Below, piece by piece: positions 61,992 to 64,000 of a DNA stretch of 64,000 bases. Every line of letters begins with the position of its first letter. The first letter of the stretch is position 1. The position numbers were made by a program, and so were the translations under genes. Source of the stretch: Paraphysomonas bandaiensis (taxonomy: Eukaryota; Protista; Chrysophyceae); contig CBFFRP010000035.1 in NCBI GenBank assembly GCA_965644295.1, positions 228,122-292,121 of the forward strand, given 5' to 3'. The notes under the pieces are model-generated. The model saw only the letters and a program-made list of their open reading frames with translations. It made no database searches and was not told the DNA's origin.

Positions 61992-63625
61992 TTCACTGAT
62001 CAAGTCATTCCTTTCAACTGTACTTCTACAGTATACACTCATATATACATACATACAGGCATATATACATTCAGGTATGTATACACTCATATGTACATAC
62101 ATACAGGCATATATACATACAGGTATATATATATGAGTCTATACAGTATACTTATATATAGTGTCGACATATGTATGTACCAACATGTCTCTCATCACTA
62201 AACGCACATATTATGGGAACTGCACACTCAGCAGTATCGTCTACTGTGTGCACAGTAGTGTATGACTCCTGTATATTCATACTTCTCTCTCTCTATATAT
62301 ATATATATGTATGTATATACGTACATATCTTTATGTTTAGTATAACTAGATTGTATGTAGTGTTATTATCTTGATACCATCATGTTTGTATGACTGTATA
62401 CATAATTACGAGGGAAGTTTCTTATGCATACGAGTGATAAGCGAATACACAGTGTAAAATACGGCTATAATAAACACTAATATATTATATATTACACCCC
62501 ATATTCTTGTGGTGAAGTGTTTTATGGTGATTGCTTCTGTATTTACGTATTTACAGTTGGTCATTGTAGACTTGTAAACACACAGTCGCACAACTTACAA
62601 AATAGGGCTACACACGACACACGTGTTCTATTCTGGCCTGGAGGCCAAGTGTGAGTGTTATGTTGCACGTAGTGTTTGAAAAATATCTTGGCACTTTTCA
62701 ATATTCGTGTCGATAATAATATCACTGATGCTTATGAAAAAGATAAACATACTGCAGATAGTTTGAACAGCATTTTCTTATTGCTTAATGATGCAGCCTT
62801 GAAATTACATGTTGACATGCTACTACATACTTGAAGTACTATTCTGAGTATACACAGCGCAACTTTACTTCTGTATAGGAATGTCAAGGCGGCAACAATG
62901 CTACATTAATACACAGCACGATGATTTCTTCTTTATGTTTTTCTTATCTTTCATTCCAATGCGTAAGAGGTTCTCTTGAAGCATTCCACTGTCATGAGGA
63001 GTGGTATCATGACAACTTGATCGCTCTTCCTCGATGTTACTGAGACTGGACATCCTGTTCCCACGCACATCACTCTCCGAAGCCTTTTTAAGTTTCCTGT
63101 CGTTGATACCTCCTTTTCCCATATTCACTGATCAAGTCATTCCTTTCAACTGTACTTCTACAGTATACACTAATATATACATACATACAGGCATATATAC
63201 ATACAGGTATGTATACACTCATATGTACATACATACAGGCATATATACATACAGGCATATATATATGAGTCTATACAGTATACTTATATATAGTGTCGAT
63301 ATATGTATGTACCAACATGTCTCTCATCACTAAACACACATATTATGGGAACTGCACACTCAGCAGTATCGTCTACTGTGTGTACAGTAGTGTATGACTC
63401 CTGTATATTCATACTTCTCTCTCTATATATATATGTATGTATATACGTACATATCCTTATGTTTAGTATAACTAGATTGTATGTAGTGTTATTATCTTGA
63501 TACCATCATGTTTGTATGACTGTATACATAATTACGAGGGAAGTTTCTTATGCATACGAGTGATAAGCGAATACACAGTGTAAAATACGGCTATAATAAA
63601 CACTAATATATTATATATTACACCC
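61992..63625. repeat. ~500-bp direct duplication (61992-62499 and 63124-63625)
   Basis: Near-identical from ttcactgatcaagtcattcc to atattacaccc. Confidence 0.95.
62901..63122 (-). CDS. Small (73 aa) protein with an MG N-terminus and a polybasic CaaX tail (KKKSSCCVLM)
   Basis: ORF from ATG 63122; lipidation signals at both ends. Confidence 0.55.
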   Translation of the reverse strand: MGKGGINDRKLKKASESDVRGNRMSSLSNIEEERSSCHDTTPHDSGMLQENLLRIGMKDKKNIKKKSSCCVLM

Positions 63626-64000
63626 TATTAGAATATGGACTGTATCCTAGTATATTCAATGTGGTACTTGAAGACAATGTACGAGAATACAGTGAAGTAT
63701 GGTGATGTGTAGATGCTGTTATGATATTGAGAAAACTGAAATAGTTTGCTCTTTCAAGATATGTTTAGTAGCGAAAGGTCTACAGAAGTAGTGATTTATG
63801 CATGGCACAAAACGAGCTTGTGTTGTTTAACACAATTCGTGTAAACGATATTAATAAATCTATCTAGTCTAACAACTTAATCTCTCTTTGATCTAAGTAA
63901 AATGAGCATTTCCCAACATGGTAGCGAGCGAGGAGGAGAGAAGGAGGATAGAGGAGTAGTTCCTCAGTTCAACGAGACTAACGTTGAACAATGGATTGAG
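63626..64000 (+). mobile_element. Probable 5' LTR + tRNA PBS + gag start of a second LTR retrotransposon, running off the window
   Basis: ...CCAACA followed by TGGTAGCGAGCG (63919-63930); ORF from 63902 with gag-like VPQFNETNVEQWIE; begins exactly where the 500-bp duplication homology stops. Confidence 0.5.

Overview
Eukaryotic nuclear DNA: gene-dense, with short GT-AG introns. The host is probably a flagellated stramenopile/ochrophyte-like protist; this is inferred from LZTFL1, a diatom-CoDi-like Copia and a Crypton-like fragment. About 18 host genes or fragments (CNOT3/NOT5, AGMO, Fe-ADH, TerD-like/EF-hand/WD40 giant, SGNH esterase, MAP2K, two methyltransferases, LZTFL1, vWA-CaaX, pseudo-PARP, GDPD, PIP5K fragment, RPL4, class-3 lipase, a small lipidated protein) are interleaved with mobile elements. 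Top finding: a young Copia LTR retrotransposon (28952-35567, TSD GCAGT) with no tRNA primer-binding site. The 15 nt after its 5' LTR are the exact reverse complement of a segment inside the LTR (Tf1-like self-priming geometry) and contain the gag ATG. The same element has CG...CG LTR termini and an apparent D,D(29)D integrase. Second system: a recently active non-LTR family with a conserved GNRA-hairpin 3' tail. That tail is shared with a ~500-bp SINE-like element whose fixed 5' head has HDV-ribozyme-like topology. All calls were made by eye without database searches; exon boundaries are approximate.
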